A stretch of DNA of 64,000 bases from a virus (taxonomy: Duplodnaviria; Caudoviricetes). The stretch's first letter is position 1. Every line of letters begins with the position of its first letter. Both the position numbers and the translations under genes were made by a program. Location: IMG/VR virus record IMGVR_UViG_3300010429_002210, positions 2,308 to 66,307 of that record, one strand, 5' to 3'. The notes beneath the pieces are model-generated. The model was not told the DNA's origin. It ran no database searches and saw only the letters and a program-made list of their open reading frames with translations. Positions 35,252-45,242 of the stretch are shown piece after piece.

Positions 35252-37869
35252 TGCGCGGATTTTTTACCAACAAGGATTATAGCGTCAAGTACGCTAAGCC
35301 CCGAAAATCGGACGACAACCCGACTGTCCCGCGGAATGGGGCTCCTCGTGAACGACGTGCGTTTTCCGATAGCACAGATCCGTGCGATATCTGCGGACTT
35401 CATCGAACGTGCATCTCCCCTCGAATGCCGTACACAGGCCAGGGACAACTCGGCATCTTCGCTATGGCCGAGGCTCCAGGTGCAAACGAGGATGAGGGGG
35501 TGCAACTGATTGGTGAATCAGGATCCCTACTTCGACAAGTCCTTTGGGATGTTGGTCAGTTTGACCTTGATCGTGACTTCTGGAAAACAAACGCGCTGGC
35601 GTGCCGACCGCCTGACAACAGGACACCTTCAAATCGTGAACTTCAATGCTGCGCTCCCAGATGGCGCCAGGCTATAGCGGAGACACAGCCAAGTATGATC
35701 TGGTTGTTCGGTGCAGTCGCCGTCGAATCCTTCTTTGCTGATCACGATATAGAAAAAGTTTCTATCACCGCCGCACGAAAATGGTGCATCCCAGACAAAC
35801 GTACAGGTGCTTGGGTCGTCTGCATGTACCACCCAGCGTTTGTTCTTAGGAAGCATGACAGGGTTCTAGATTCCATTTTCAAGAATGACATCCATTGGGC
35901 GCTGTCCTGTTTACACAGGAACCCGCCTGAGTTCCCTGACGTTGATTCGATGGTGCATTGTTTGACGAACTTTGAGGAGGTTCGTCAGCTCCTACTTCGT
36001 GTTCTCAACGAATGGGATTTGTTAGTCTTCGACTATGAAACGTCTTCGAGGAAGCCGTACCATCCTGGGAACATGATTCACAGTATAGGGATATGCTCTC
36101 AGGACAATGAAGCTTTCGCCTTCCCATTTCAGTACCCCGGGCACTGGGAGCCTCGTCAGTATTCTATCATCAGGAACCTCTGGGTGCGCATCCTGATGAA
36201 AGCATCCTTGAAAAAAGTCGCGCATAATCTCAAGTTTGAGCACAAATGGAGTCGGCACATTCTTCGTGTGGAACCGGTTAATTGGTATCGTTGCACAATG
36301 AACGTGGCACATCTCCTTGACTCGCGCAACGGTATAACGAGTTTGAAAACGCAGGCATTCCTTCGCTATGGTGTTGAAGACTACCAACGAGAGGTTCGTC
36401 CTTTCATGAGGATAGATCCCACCACGAAACTTAATAAACTACACGAGTGCCAGCTTCCCAAACTTCTCAAGTACAATGGACTGGATGCCCTGTACGAAAA
36501 ATGGTTGCACAGGGACCAGGAAAAAGAATGGCGCAGGATTTCGGATCTTCATCATGTGTACGATGAAATCGTGCATGATGGATTGCTCGCTCTGGAGGAC
36601 TGTGAAGATGCAGGCTTTCCTGCAGATGAAACGTACTTCAACCAACAGAAAATTGAACTGACCACGCAGATCGATAACCTGGAAGAGGCGCTGGTAACAA
36701 GCCGCGAGGCAGTGGCCTTTGAGGAACGGACAGAACACAAGATAAACTTGAGATCCACGAAAGATCTCAGGACTCTTTTCTATGACATCCTGCAGTATCA
36801 GCCCATTAAACAAACGGATTCGGGGAACAACTCAGTTGATGAGGATACACTTTCCCGTTTGCAAAATGAGTTCGCACAAAACCTGGTAAAGATGCGGAAG
36901 CTTTCAAAGCTCCGTGACACATATCTTTCTCAGTTCTTGCATGAAATCACCAATGGACACATCCACCCCTCGTACAATCTGCACATAGCCGCCACAGGCA
37001 GATCATCCAGTTCAGATCCCAATTTTCAAAACATTCCCAAGCGCGATGAGGAAGCGAAACGAATCATCCGAATGGGGATTATACCATCTCCGGGCCATGA
37101 GTTAGTTGAGGCTGACTACAAAGCAATCGAAGTCCGTGTCATGACGTGGTACACACATGATCCAATCATGCTCAACTACGTCATAACAGGAAACGACATG
37201 CATCGTGACCAGGCGAAGGAGATCTTCATCGTTGACGATCTTAGCCTTCTCACGGGTAGATTGCGCCACATTGGTAAGAACGGTTTCGTGTTCCCCCAGT
37301 TCTACGGTGACTGGTACAAAGCCTGCGCCGCTTCGTGTTGGGAAATGATGGACGGAGAACGCCTGTCTAATGGTGTTCTTGTCCGTGAGCACTTGAAGAA
37401 TCAAGGCATTCGTACCTATCAAGACTTTGAAAATCACATGGCTACAGTGGAACGCAAGTTTTGGGAGTTGTTCCACTACACCAAGGAATGGCGTGATTGG
37501 GTCGTTGATGAATACGAACGTCTGGGGTACGTCAGTAATTACTTCGGATTCCGTAGGACAGGTTACCTTGCAAAGAATCAGATTATCAACTCCCCAGTAC
37601 AGGGAACTGCTTCACAGTGTCTGCAATGGTCCCTGAACAAATTGAGCAAGATCAGGAAAGAAGAGGGTTGGGTAACAAAACTTTGTGGGCAGATCCATGA
37701 CAGTATTATCCTCGATGTAAAGTACGACGAACGTGAATACGTCCTGGGCAGGATTCGGCAGGTAATGTGCGACGATTTGAAACAGCAATACTCATGGATT
37801 ATCACTCCGGTGGAAGTTGACTTTAGTCCAGGTGGACTAGACCGACCCTGGTACTATTGTGGGAGCTGA
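35251..37869 (+). CDS. polA: family A DNA polymerase with N-terminal family-4 uracil-DNA glycosylase-like domain
   Basis: UDG: CDIC, AEAPG, CRPPDNRTP, HPAFVL; exonuclease: DYET, HNLKFE, YNGLD; polymerase: TGRSSSSDPNFQNIP, DYKAIE, FYG, NSPVQG, IHDS. Confidence 0.92.
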   Translation: MRGFFTNKDYSVKYAKPRKSDDNPTVPRNGAPRERRAFSDSTDPCDICGLHRTCISPRMPYTGQGQLGIFAMAEAPGANEDEGVQLIGESGSLLRQVLWDVGQFDLDRDFWKTNALACRPPDNRTPSNRELQCCAPRWRQAIAETQPSMIWLFGAVAVESFFADHDIEKVSITAARKWCIPDKRTGAWVVCMYHPAFVLRKHDRVLDSIFKNDIHWALSCLHRNPPEFPDVDSMVHCLTNFEEVRQLLLRVLNEWDLLVFDYETSSRKPYHPGNMIHSIGICSQDNEAFAFPFQYPGHWEPRQYSIIRNLWVRILMKASLKKVAHNLKFEHKWSRHILRVEPVNWYRCTMNVAHLLDSRNGITSLKTQAFLRYGVEDYQREVRPFMRIDPTTKLNKLHECQLPKLLKYNGLDALYEKWLHRDQEKEWRRISDLHHVYDEIVHDGLLALEDCEDAGFPADETYFNQQKIELTTQIDNLEEALVTSREAVAFEERTEHKINLRSTKDLRTLFYDILQYQPIKQTDSGNNSVDEDTLSRLQNEFAQNLVKMRKLSKLRDTYLSQFLHEITNGHIHPSYNLHIAATGRSSSSDPNFQNIPKRDEEAKRIIRMGIIPSPGHELVEADYKAIEVRVMTWYTHDPIMLNYVITGNDMHRDQAKEIFIVDDLSLLTGRLRHIGKNGFVFPQFYGDWYKACAASCWEMMDGERLSNGVLVREHLKNQGIRTYQDFENHMATVERKFWELFHYTKEWRDWVVDEYERLGYVSNYFGFRRTGYLAKNQIINSPVQGTASQCLQWSLNKLSKIRKEEGWVTKLCGQIHDSIILDVKYDEREYVLGRIRQVMCDDLKQQYSWIITPVEVDFSPGGLDRPWYYCGS

Positions 37870-38029
37870 CCAATGACCAAGTGTAAATACGCTGTTCTTT
37901 GGGTTGACCCGATAGACGGTGCGGAGGAGAAGTTCAAAACCCCACGCTGCATGAAAAAGCAGAAGTGGATCACTCCACAACTCTGCATAAACTGTGACTC
38001 CTACTTAGTTTCGCTAAAGGAGAACGACG

Positions 38030-38599
38030 ATGGCCAAGAATCTTTACCTTGATCTTGAAACGACAGGACCCAACAAGGAAAAGCACGCCATCATCCAAGC
38101 GGCCGGCATTATCGAAATCGACGGTCGTGTAGAGCTGGAGTTTCAATTCCTCGTTCGTCCCCATGCAGGGTACACTTGGGACAGAATGGCGGCATTGAAA
38201 ACGGGAGCCGATCAATCTGTGGTGGAAACGTACCCGCCCGCCGAGGTGTTCTACAACGAGTTCTTGCAGATCATGGGGAATTACGTTGACAAGTTCAATG
38301 GAAAGGATAAGTTCAACCTGATCGGGTACTGGTGTCAATTCGATTACGATTTCCTCTGGAAGTTGTGGGAAAGGATGGGAGACCCGTATTTGGGATCCTG
38401 GTTCTTCGTTCCACTGATTGACGTTGCCACCCTCGTTGCGTACAACGTGATGGATCGGAGGAATCAGTTTAAAAACTTCAAACTTGTCACGGTTTGCCAA
38501 GCGTTGGGAATTGAGTTTGATCCTGATGCGGCACACGATGCTTTGTATGACATCAGAAAAACCCGCGAACTATTCCAACTAGTTCGCTCATGGAGGTAG
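38030..38599 (+). CDS. DnaQ-like 3'-5' exonuclease (DEDDh)
   Basis: LDLETTG, FDYDFL, HDALYDI. Confidence 0.88.
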   Translation: MAKNLYLDLETTGPNKEKHAIIQAAGIIEIDGRVELEFQFLVRPHAGYTWDRMAALKTGADQSVVETYPPAEVFYNEFLQIMGNYVDKFNGKDKFNLIGYWCQFDYDFLWKLWERMGDPYLGSWFFVPLIDVATLVAYNVMDRRNQFKNFKLVTVCQALGIEFDPDAAHDALYDIRKTRELFQLVRSWR

Positions 38600-38603
38600 T
38601 AGA

Positions 38604-39533
38604 ATGACCGACCTACCTTTGCACACGAAATACCGACCGAAAACCTTTGACGAAGTGATGGGGAACGACGCCACCGTTGAATCCCTGCGTTCTACCCTTC
38701 AACGCGAAACGGGACGACCACACGCTTTCCTCTTACAGGGGCCCTCGGGTTGCGGCAAAACCACCCTGGCCCGGATAATCGCAAAGGAGCTTGGCTGTGG
38801 TGACATGGAGTTTAAGGAACTCAACGCTGCAAATGTCCGTGGGATTGACACCATCAGGACGATCATCGACGGTTGCCAGTACAGGCCACTGACCGGAAAA
38901 TGCCGAGTATACGTCCTCGATGAGGCGGCAAAACTGACGTCAGATGCACAGAATGCCCTCCTCAAGATTCTTGAAGATCCGCCGTCGTATGTGTACTTTA
39001 TTCTTTGCACAACCGACCCTGAAAAATTGATCCGCACCATACGGACACGATGCACGACATTCCAAGTGGCAACTCTGCAGCGTGCAAAGATGTACTCCCT
39101 TTTGGAAAAGGTGTGTCGTGAGGAGAACATTCAAGTTCCCGCAGACGTCATGAAGCAGATCGTGTGGGTGGCCTCTGGCTCACCGAGGAAAGCCCTTGTC
39201 CTGTTAGATCAGATTCGTGGAATTGAAGAGCCGGGCCTGATGGCTGCAGCCATTACGGAATCCTACGCTGACGAATCCGCCATCATTGACATCTGCCGAA
39301 TTTTAGTACAGCCCGCCAGCAGCACACGATGGCAAGACCTAGCACCTCTACTCAAGGACTTCCGTGGTGACCCAGAGCAGGCTCGTTATGCCATCATGTC
39401 GTACCTCGAAAAGGTGCTTCTCAGTACCGGTGAGAAACGCATCGGGCAAGTGATGGGCTGCTTCATGGATTCATTCATGTATACTGGCAGACCTGGTTTA
39501 GTTTATTGTTGTTTTTTATCATGTTCTTATTAA
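38604..39533 (+). CDS. clamp loader ATPase (DnaX gamma/tau-like)
   Basis: KYRPKTF, GPSGCGKTT, DEA, AQNALLKILEDPP, TIRTRC. Confidence 0.9.
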   Translation: MTDLPLHTKYRPKTFDEVMGNDATVESLRSTLQRETGRPHAFLLQGPSGCGKTTLARIIAKELGCGDMEFKELNAANVRGIDTIRTIIDGCQYRPLTGKCRVYVLDEAAKLTSDAQNALLKILEDPPSYVYFILCTTDPEKLIRTIRTRCTTFQVATLQRAKMYSLLEKVCREENIQVPADVMKQIVWVASGSPRKALVLLDQIRGIEEPGLMAAAITESYADESAIIDICRILVQPASSTRWQDLAPLLKDFRGDPEQARYAIMSYLEKVLLSTGEKRIGQVMGCFMDSFMYTGRPGLVYCCFLSCSY

Positions 39534-39544
39534 AAAAAATCAAG

Positions 39545-39569
39545 AAAAAATCCCAAAGTTATGTATAAT
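39545..39569 (+). promoter_or_regulatory. conserved phage promoter motif
   Basis: AAAAAATCCCAAAGTTATGTATAAT. Confidence 0.75.
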
Positions 39570-39589
39570 GAAGTGAGGGGAAGGGGACT

Positions 39590-40096
39590 ATGAATTTCCG
39601 CGAGATGCTGGCGATCGACCAGCACCATCTCGATTATGAACTGCTAAGACAACCCACCCTGGTACAAATAGTATCGGAGGAGCTGGTACGTGCAGAAACC
39701 AAGCGCGCCAGGGCAAAGGAGAACGTTGAGCTTGTCAAAGCAGAACTCTACACCGAAGTACGAAACAACCCCGCACGATACAACATCAACGAACGAGCGA
39801 CAGAAGGGGCAATCCAGGCCGCCATTATCCAGCATGCTCGATACCGGGAAGCCATGGAAGCCTACCTCGTGGCAAAAGAAGATCATGGCGTCCTTTCAAC
39901 AGGACTCGAAGCGCTCCAACACAAAAAATCTGCGCTTGAGAATGGTGTTCGCCTACTGTTATCGGGGTTCTGGGCTCCGCCAAGCGTACCACGAAATGTT
40001 GTCGAAAATCTCGGAGATAATTCGAACAGGGCAACACAAGAAGTGATCGACGGGTTGAATAGAGACGTAGTTCTCAGAAGGAGGTTCGGTCGTTGA
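39590..40096 (+). CDS. UvsY-like recombination mediator (putative)
   Basis: helical coiled-coil protein, EGAIQAAI..H..Y pattern, upstream of SSB and RecA. Confidence 0.5.
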   Translation: MNFREMLAIDQHHLDYELLRQPTLVQIVSEELVRAETKRARAKENVELVKAELYTEVRNNPARYNINERATEGAIQAAIIQHARYREAMEAYLVAKEDHGVLSTGLEALQHKKSALENGVRLLLSGFWAPPSVPRNVVENLGDNSNRATQEVIDGLNRDVVLRRRFGR

Positions 40097-40314
40097 TTCC
40101 TAATCTTCCATCTTTCACTGAAATGTTCCAGTTTGTTGTTCTCGCAGGTATTGCCCTCGTAGGTACCTTCGTGGTGGTTCGCGTTCTTTCGGCAGCAATC
40201 TTTTTGAGTTGGGCCGAAAAGAAAAAAGAAATCCTCACCCATGAGTACTTGCAAAAGGCATGGTATGAGAAAAACACCAACCCCAACAACGGCAAGGAGG
40301 TCAGTAAGGTATGA
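40093..40314 (+). CDS. small membrane protein
   Basis: one hydrophobic helix. Confidence 0.5.
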   Translation: MIPNLPSFTEMFQFVVLAGIALVGTFVVVRVLSAAIFLSWAEKKKEILTHEYLQKAWYEKNTNPNNGKEVSKV

Positions 40315-41546
40315 GCATTTGGGAAGAGAAACGTCGACAGGCCGCCGAGCAGCTAGCGGCCCGGACTCAAGAGAGTCATGAAACGAGGGAACGTTCAGGG
40401 AAGTTCAGGGACTTCCTCAGAGCGGACATTCAGATCAAGCGGTTCAACTGCGGGGAGGGTGACCACCTGCTCGATGTTCTTTGCTACATCGCCGGTGAGA
40501 ACAATCCGAACCCGAAAGTCCGTCCTGGTGACCTCACGTACGTCCTCGACATCTGGGTTCACGACGGCATCGGCGCCAACGAAGACCAGTTCGTGTGCCT
40601 CTCGCGCAACTACAACCTGCGCTGCCCCATCTGCGAGCGGCAGAAACAGCTCAAAAACGAGGGGTACGAATGGGACGATCCGCAGGTCAAGGCACTGGAG
40701 CCTCGTCGGCGAACGCTGTACAACGTGCTCTGTTACGACAACGAGCGTGAGGAAGCAAAAGGCGTTCAGGTGTGGGTTGTTTCCCACTGGAACTTCGAGC
40801 GTCACGTTTCCGAACTGGCGAAGGCAACGCCGCGTGGCGGTGGTTGCATCATGTTCTCCCACCCCGATCAAGGCAAATCGGTTGCCTTCCGTCGTGAAGG
40901 GAAGAAGATGACCGACACCAAGTACGTCGGGCATCGGTTCGTTGATCGCAACTACGTCATTCCCAACGAGATCCTGGAGCAGACGCACTGCCTGGAAGAT
41001 CTCATCAACATCCCCGACTACAAGACGGTGTACGAGGCGTTCTACGGGCGAACGTACGTTGAGGGTGAGGCCGCTCCCCCCGTCACCAGCCGTGTAGACA
41101 TGCCTGCACCCGCTGCAACAACCCCGGCCGGGAGGTTACTTCGAACAGGAAGAGGTGGCGCCGCTCCCCAGGCTCAAACGCCGCCGGCCGGCCCCGCCGC
41201 TCCTCCCCCCACTGCAGGCCCCCGTAACGCGGGTGTGTCTGCTTCGCCGGCTCCTGGAACAGCACCCGGAAGTTCTGCAGCAGGCACTGGAACGCCTGCT
41301 CCAGGACCCGTCAATCCTGCCCCGCCTGCAGCCGCAGCCACCGGTAGTGGCAACGACGTACCAGTATCCGTGGAGCACAGTGGTAGATGTCCCGTGGCAG
41401 TCGGCGTATTCGGAAGGGACATCGACAGACTCGATGCTTGTGCTGAATGTGCAATCTGGGACGACTGTCGGGTAGAGGCAGATCGTCTCGCGGAAGAATC
41501 CCGAAGGAATCGTCAGAACGCTCGGCTGAATCGTCCCGCTCGATAG
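40311..41546 (+). CDS. single-stranded DNA-binding protein (gp32-like, putative)
   Basis: aromatic-rich N-domain with VWVH, CLSRN..CPICE, RTLYNV; Pro/Ala linker; adjacent to RecA. Confidence 0.65.
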   Translation: MSIWEEKRRQAAEQLAARTQESHETRERSGKFRDFLRADIQIKRFNCGEGDHLLDVLCYIAGENNPNPKVRPGDLTYVLDIWVHDGIGANEDQFVCLSRNYNLRCPICERQKQLKNEGYEWDDPQVKALEPRRRTLYNVLCYDNEREEAKGVQVWVVSHWNFERHVSELAKATPRGGGCIMFSHPDQGKSVAFRREGKKMTDTKYVGHRFVDRNYVIPNEILEQTHCLEDLINIPDYKTVYEAFYGRTYVEGEAAPPVTSRVDMPAPAATTPAGRLLRTGRGGAAPQAQTPPAGPAAPPPTAGPRNAGVSASPAPGTAPGSSAAGTGTPAPGPVNPAPPAAAATGSGNDVPVSVEHSGRCPVAVGVFGRDIDRLDACAECAIWDDCRVEADRLAEESRRNRQNARLNRPAR

Positions 41547-41574
41547 TTCAGTCTTTTAGGAAGGGGTAGGGAAA

Positions 41575-42684
41575 ATGCTGCGACGGCGGAGTAGTACTGA
41601 CATCTCGAGTCTCGTTCAAAATGTAAAAAGTGCCATCCGTGCGGGGGACACAGACACAACACGAGACAATAAGGTCCTGATTCCAACAGGATCGACACTT
41701 CTCAATCTCGCACTTTCGGACTCCAAAGAGGGGGGGTTTTCCCCAGCGACTGTTGTCAACCTGGTTGGCGATAGCTCTGCGGGGAAGACCTTCCTTCTCT
41801 GGACGTTATTCGCGGAAGCTGTGAGGCACCCAATCCTCAAAAATTACCGTCTGATCTACGACGAACCCGAAACGGCCTTCTTTATGAAGGCCGAAAAATT
41901 GTTCGGAATCCGTCCTGGTCGGGTGGAAATGGATGAGGCCAACCGATCTGAAACCATCCAACACTGGTACAGGAGAATCGTTAAGACAATCGAGGACAAC
42001 CGACCTTTTATCTACGGATTGGATTCGTTCGATTCTCTTTCCTCCGAAGAAGAAGTCGACTTGGAAGCGAAGCTCTTGAAATCCGGTGAAGATGGTGGTA
42101 GCTACCAAATGCAGAAGCCGAAATTGGCTGGGCGCATTCTTCGTCGTGTGACTAGTCGAATTGAGAAAACAAACTCGCTGGTCATTGTTGTTTCCCAAAC
42201 ACGGGACAATATCGGGGTAACATTCGGGGAGAAAAAGACACGAAGTGGTGGGAACGCCCTGCGCTTTTACGCTACCCATGAAGTCTGGCTCTCTGTTGTG
42301 AATCATGAAAAGCGAAAGGATCGGGAAGTTGGGGTCAACGTTCGCGCGAAGGTGAAGAAGAACAAACTGACGGGCAAGCTCCGGATCGTTGAATTTCCCA
42401 TTTACTTCGACTACGGGGTGGATGACATTGGTTCCTGCATCGACTTCCTGTTGGCAGAGGGGGTCTGGACCCGCTCTGGGAACAAGATCAACACCAACGG
42501 AGTGTTTATTGATACACGAAGGGACTTGTTGATTTCTCACATCGAAGAGAGTTTCTCTGAGAACAAACTACAGGCACTCGTAGAGGACACATGGAGATCC
42601 ATCGAAGCCTCCATTCAATCTGGAAGGAAACCCAAGTATGCCCCGGTTGAAAACGACGGAGATCAAGAATCTTGGCCAGAATGA
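41575..42684 (+). CDS. RecA/UvsX-like recombinase
   Basis: GDSSAGKT, DSFDSL, SQTRDNIG, GGNALRFYA, KNK. Confidence 0.9.
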   Translation: MLRRRSSTDISSLVQNVKSAIRAGDTDTTRDNKVLIPTGSTLLNLALSDSKEGGFSPATVVNLVGDSSAGKTFLLWTLFAEAVRHPILKNYRLIYDEPETAFFMKAEKLFGIRPGRVEMDEANRSETIQHWYRRIVKTIEDNRPFIYGLDSFDSLSSEEEVDLEAKLLKSGEDGGSYQMQKPKLAGRILRRVTSRIEKTNSLVIVVSQTRDNIGVTFGEKKTRSGGNALRFYATHEVWLSVVNHEKRKDREVGVNVRAKVKKNKLTGKLRIVEFPIYFDYGVDDIGSCIDFLLAEGVWTRSGNKINTNGVFIDTRRDLLISHIEESFSENKLQALVEDTWRSIEASIQSGRKPKYAPVENDGDQESWPE

Positions 42685-43546
42685 AGCAACTCTGGTAGTC
42701 GACTGCAACAATCTTTGCCATATTGCGAAGCATGCCCTGAGAGGCCTTTCGTTCAACGACTTGTCCACGGGCATTCTTTTTGGTTTTTTTCGCCAGATTT
42801 TGTCGTTGGGGATGCGTTTTCACACTGACAAGTTCGTGTTTTGCTGGGATTCGAGAAAGAGTAAGCGTCGCGATATGTGTCAAACGTACAAAGTTCGCCC
42901 CAAAATGGAACGCACCCCAGAAGAAGAATGGGAGAACAAAGTTCTGTTCGAGCAGTTCGTCGAACTTCGTCAAGAGTGTATTCCCGCAGTGGGCTTTGTA
43001 AATAACTTCATCAAGACTGGGTACGAAGCAGACGACCTTTTAGCGTCCGTTGTCCTCAATAATGGTGGGAAGTACATCATTGTTTCTACAGATAATGACC
43101 TATTCCAGCTTTTAGATCACTGCTGTATTTTCAATCCGATCACTAAAAGGATAGCAGACGCGGAATGGTTTTCCCAAACATACAACATTGACCCATCGAA
43201 ATGGTCGGAGGTAAAAGCATTAGCAGGGTGCTCGAGTGACACCGTTCAGGGTGTTCCGGGAGTGGGTGAGAAAACAGCGATCAAGTACCTAAAGGGCGAG
43301 GTGAAGCGCGGAGGGAAACTGGATGAGAAACTCATTTCAGGCGCGTATCAAGAGCAGATAGACTTGAATCGGATGTTAGTAACACTCCCATTCCCTGGAA
43401 CCCCTGAACTGAAAGTGAACGGAAATGGAAACGGGTTTAACTTCGACGCGTTTGAACGAATCTGCTACACGTACGGTTTCAACTACTTCTCGAAGAATAT
43501 GGCTGACTGGAGGAAAGTCTTTGGCTCCGAAAATGGAAGTAGATGA
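42638..43546 (+). CDS. 5'-3' exonuclease (PolI N-terminal / T4 RNase H-like)
   Basis: VVDCNN, WD...R, GYEADD, STDND, AGCSSD.VQGVPGVGEKTA. Confidence 0.9.
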   Translation: MPRLKTTEIKNLGQNEATLVVDCNNLCHIAKHALRGLSFNDLSTGILFGFFRQILSLGMRFHTDKFVFCWDSRKSKRRDMCQTYKVRPKMERTPEEEWENKVLFEQFVELRQECIPAVGFVNNFIKTGYEADDLLASVVLNNGGKYIIVSTDNDLFQLLDHCCIFNPITKRIADAEWFSQTYNIDPSKWSEVKALAGCSSDTVQGVPGVGEKTAIKYLKGEVKRGGKLDEKLISGAYQEQIDLNRMLVTLPFPGTPELKVNGNGNGFNFDAFERICYTYGFNYFSKNMADWRKVFGSENGSR

Positions 43547-44153
43547 AATAACCTGCGAATCTTGGGAGTGTCTGATAGAAAAGTACAAATTATCAGACAC
43601 CGACGAGAAGAAAGTGCAGTTGCGAAATGAACTATTCGCCGAGATGCAAGGCTGGATGGAGCGCTGGGTGACTTCCATTCTGATCCGAATGGGGCGTTAC
43701 GAATCCAAAGAAAACATCTGTTCATTAAGTTGGATCTGTTTTTGTTACTGTCTAGATAAATATAAGAAGCGCCGAAAGAAAATATCTGTTCCGGGACACT
43801 TCCACACTTATTCACGTTTTTACATAAGGAACGAGTACAATTCAACCGCACAACAAGATGATAATGTGCTCTCATTATCAGACGCGGCTGTGTGGCGAGA
43901 AGTCTGCTCACTTTCGGCCACCACCGGCCCAGATATCTGTGCACGAAACGTGTTGGGACTACTCAAAAATTTTCGTGATGGGCTTCCAGATGGTTACAAA
44001 GTGGTTTTCGATGATGCTCTACTCTCAACTAACATCGGGGTGAAGGGTCGTGTCCGTCGTATTGAGGAAAGTGGTCTTTCATATTACAGTTACCACGAAG
44101 CAAAAAGAATCTTCGGTTATTTCATCCATTTTATAAATTCTAATTTTAGGTAG
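43533..44153 (+). CDS. hypothetical protein, possibly sigma-factor-like
   Basis: helical 206-aa protein; weak resemblance to sigma region 2; unverified. Confidence 0.45.
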   Translation: MEVDEITCESWECLIEKYKLSDTDEKKVQLRNELFAEMQGWMERWVTSILIRMGRYESKENICSLSWICFCYCLDKYKKRRKKISVPGHFHTYSRFYIRNEYNSTAQQDDNVLSLSDAAVWREVCSLSATTGPDICARNVLGLLKNFRDGLPDGYKVVFDDALLSTNIGVKGRVRRIEESGLSYYSYHEAKRIFGYFIHFINSNFR

Positions 44154-44156
44154 ACA

Positions 44157-45242
44157 ATGATCGAAAAGCTCCGATTGAAAAACTTTAGGAGTCATCAAGA
44201 TACCACACTTGAGTTTCACTATGGTGTCAATGTCATTCGTGGGCTTTCATTGAGCGGAAAAAGCAATATAATCCGCGCTTTACTGCTGTTAGCCACGAAT
44301 CGTCCTTTGGGATTCAAATATCATTCGAACTTCACTTCTGATCCCAACACGGAAGTAGAAGTCAAGGTCGAAAACGGCCCCTCCATTTTGTTCAAAAAGA
44401 ACAACGATGGTGCTTCTTACGTCGTCGAAGGATGCCCTGACCCTTTCCGTGGGTTCGGCGCCGCTGTTCCCGAGCCCGTGAAGGATGCATTGAATCTCAC
44501 CGACGTCAACGTTCAAGTGCAAATGGATCAAACATTCCTGATCTGTTCCAGCCCGTCGGAGGTTGCCCGGGCAATCAATCAGATCACACGAATGGAAGAT
44601 ATCGATAACTGGACAGGATACCTTACGGCGAAGATTAACGATGCCAACCGACACAAGAGAGATTACGAAAAACGTGCGGATGATGCACGAACAGAACTTC
44701 GTAAGTACGAAAAGCTTGGCGTCGTTGAAACGCTTGTTTCGGAAATGGAGCAAGTTGAAAGCTCTATCGCTGACTGTGCCCTAAAATTCCGAGACATCGC
44801 CCTTTTGTTGGGGGAGTACAAAGTGTTGACACAAAAAATTAAAGCCCAACAGCACGCTGTTCGTAAAGAACGCCTGGTCAACTACGCTTTGTCCGTACAA
44901 AGAGAAATTGCCACAACCGATGGTAAGATCAACCTGATAGATGACCTATCAGAATTGCAAGTGAAGATCTCCCGTTTGCAGTACCTGCTTGAAAAAGAAA
45001 GTCTTCTCAACCTTGCAAGCGAACAAATGCAAAGTTTCAACGACACGAAGGCGAACGGCAAAAGTTTATCCGATCTCCTCCGAACAGTTCGTGATTTCAA
45101 CAGATCAAAAAAGGTTCATGAAGATAATCTAAAAAAGGTACGTGAGGAACTCGATACGTATCTTTCCACGGAACTCAAGGGCACCTGCCCCGTGTGCAGC
45201 AACGCCATTGAAGGTGACATTGATTTAGGAATCTTTCTATGA
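44157..45242 (+). CDS. SbcC/Rad50-like ATPase, N-terminal half
   Basis: LKNFRSH, GLSLSGKSNIIRAL Walker A, coiled coil, terminal CPVC hook; no Walker B. Confidence 0.85.
   Translation: MIEKLRLKNFRSHQDTTLEFHYGVNVIRGLSLSGKSNIIRALLLLATNRPLGFKYHSNFTSDPNTEVEVKVENGPSILFKKNNDGASYVVEGCPDPFRGFGAAVPEPVKDALNLTDVNVQVQMDQTFLICSSPSEVARAINQITRMEDIDNWTGYLTAKINDANRHKRDYEKRADDARTELRKYEKLGVVETLVSEMEQVESSIADCALKFRDIALLLGEYKVLTQKIKAQQHAVRKERLVNYALSVQREIATTDGKINLIDDLSELQVKISRLQYLLEKESLLNLASEQMQSFNDTKANGKSLSDLLRTVRDFNRSKKVHEDNLKKVREELDTYLSTELKGTCPVCSNAIEGDIDLGIFL

Noticed and set aside
21465-37869. Inteins or group I introns in DnaB and PolA
   Set aside because: Both proteins have ordinary lengths and contiguous motifs, and no homing-endonuclease ORF is visible.
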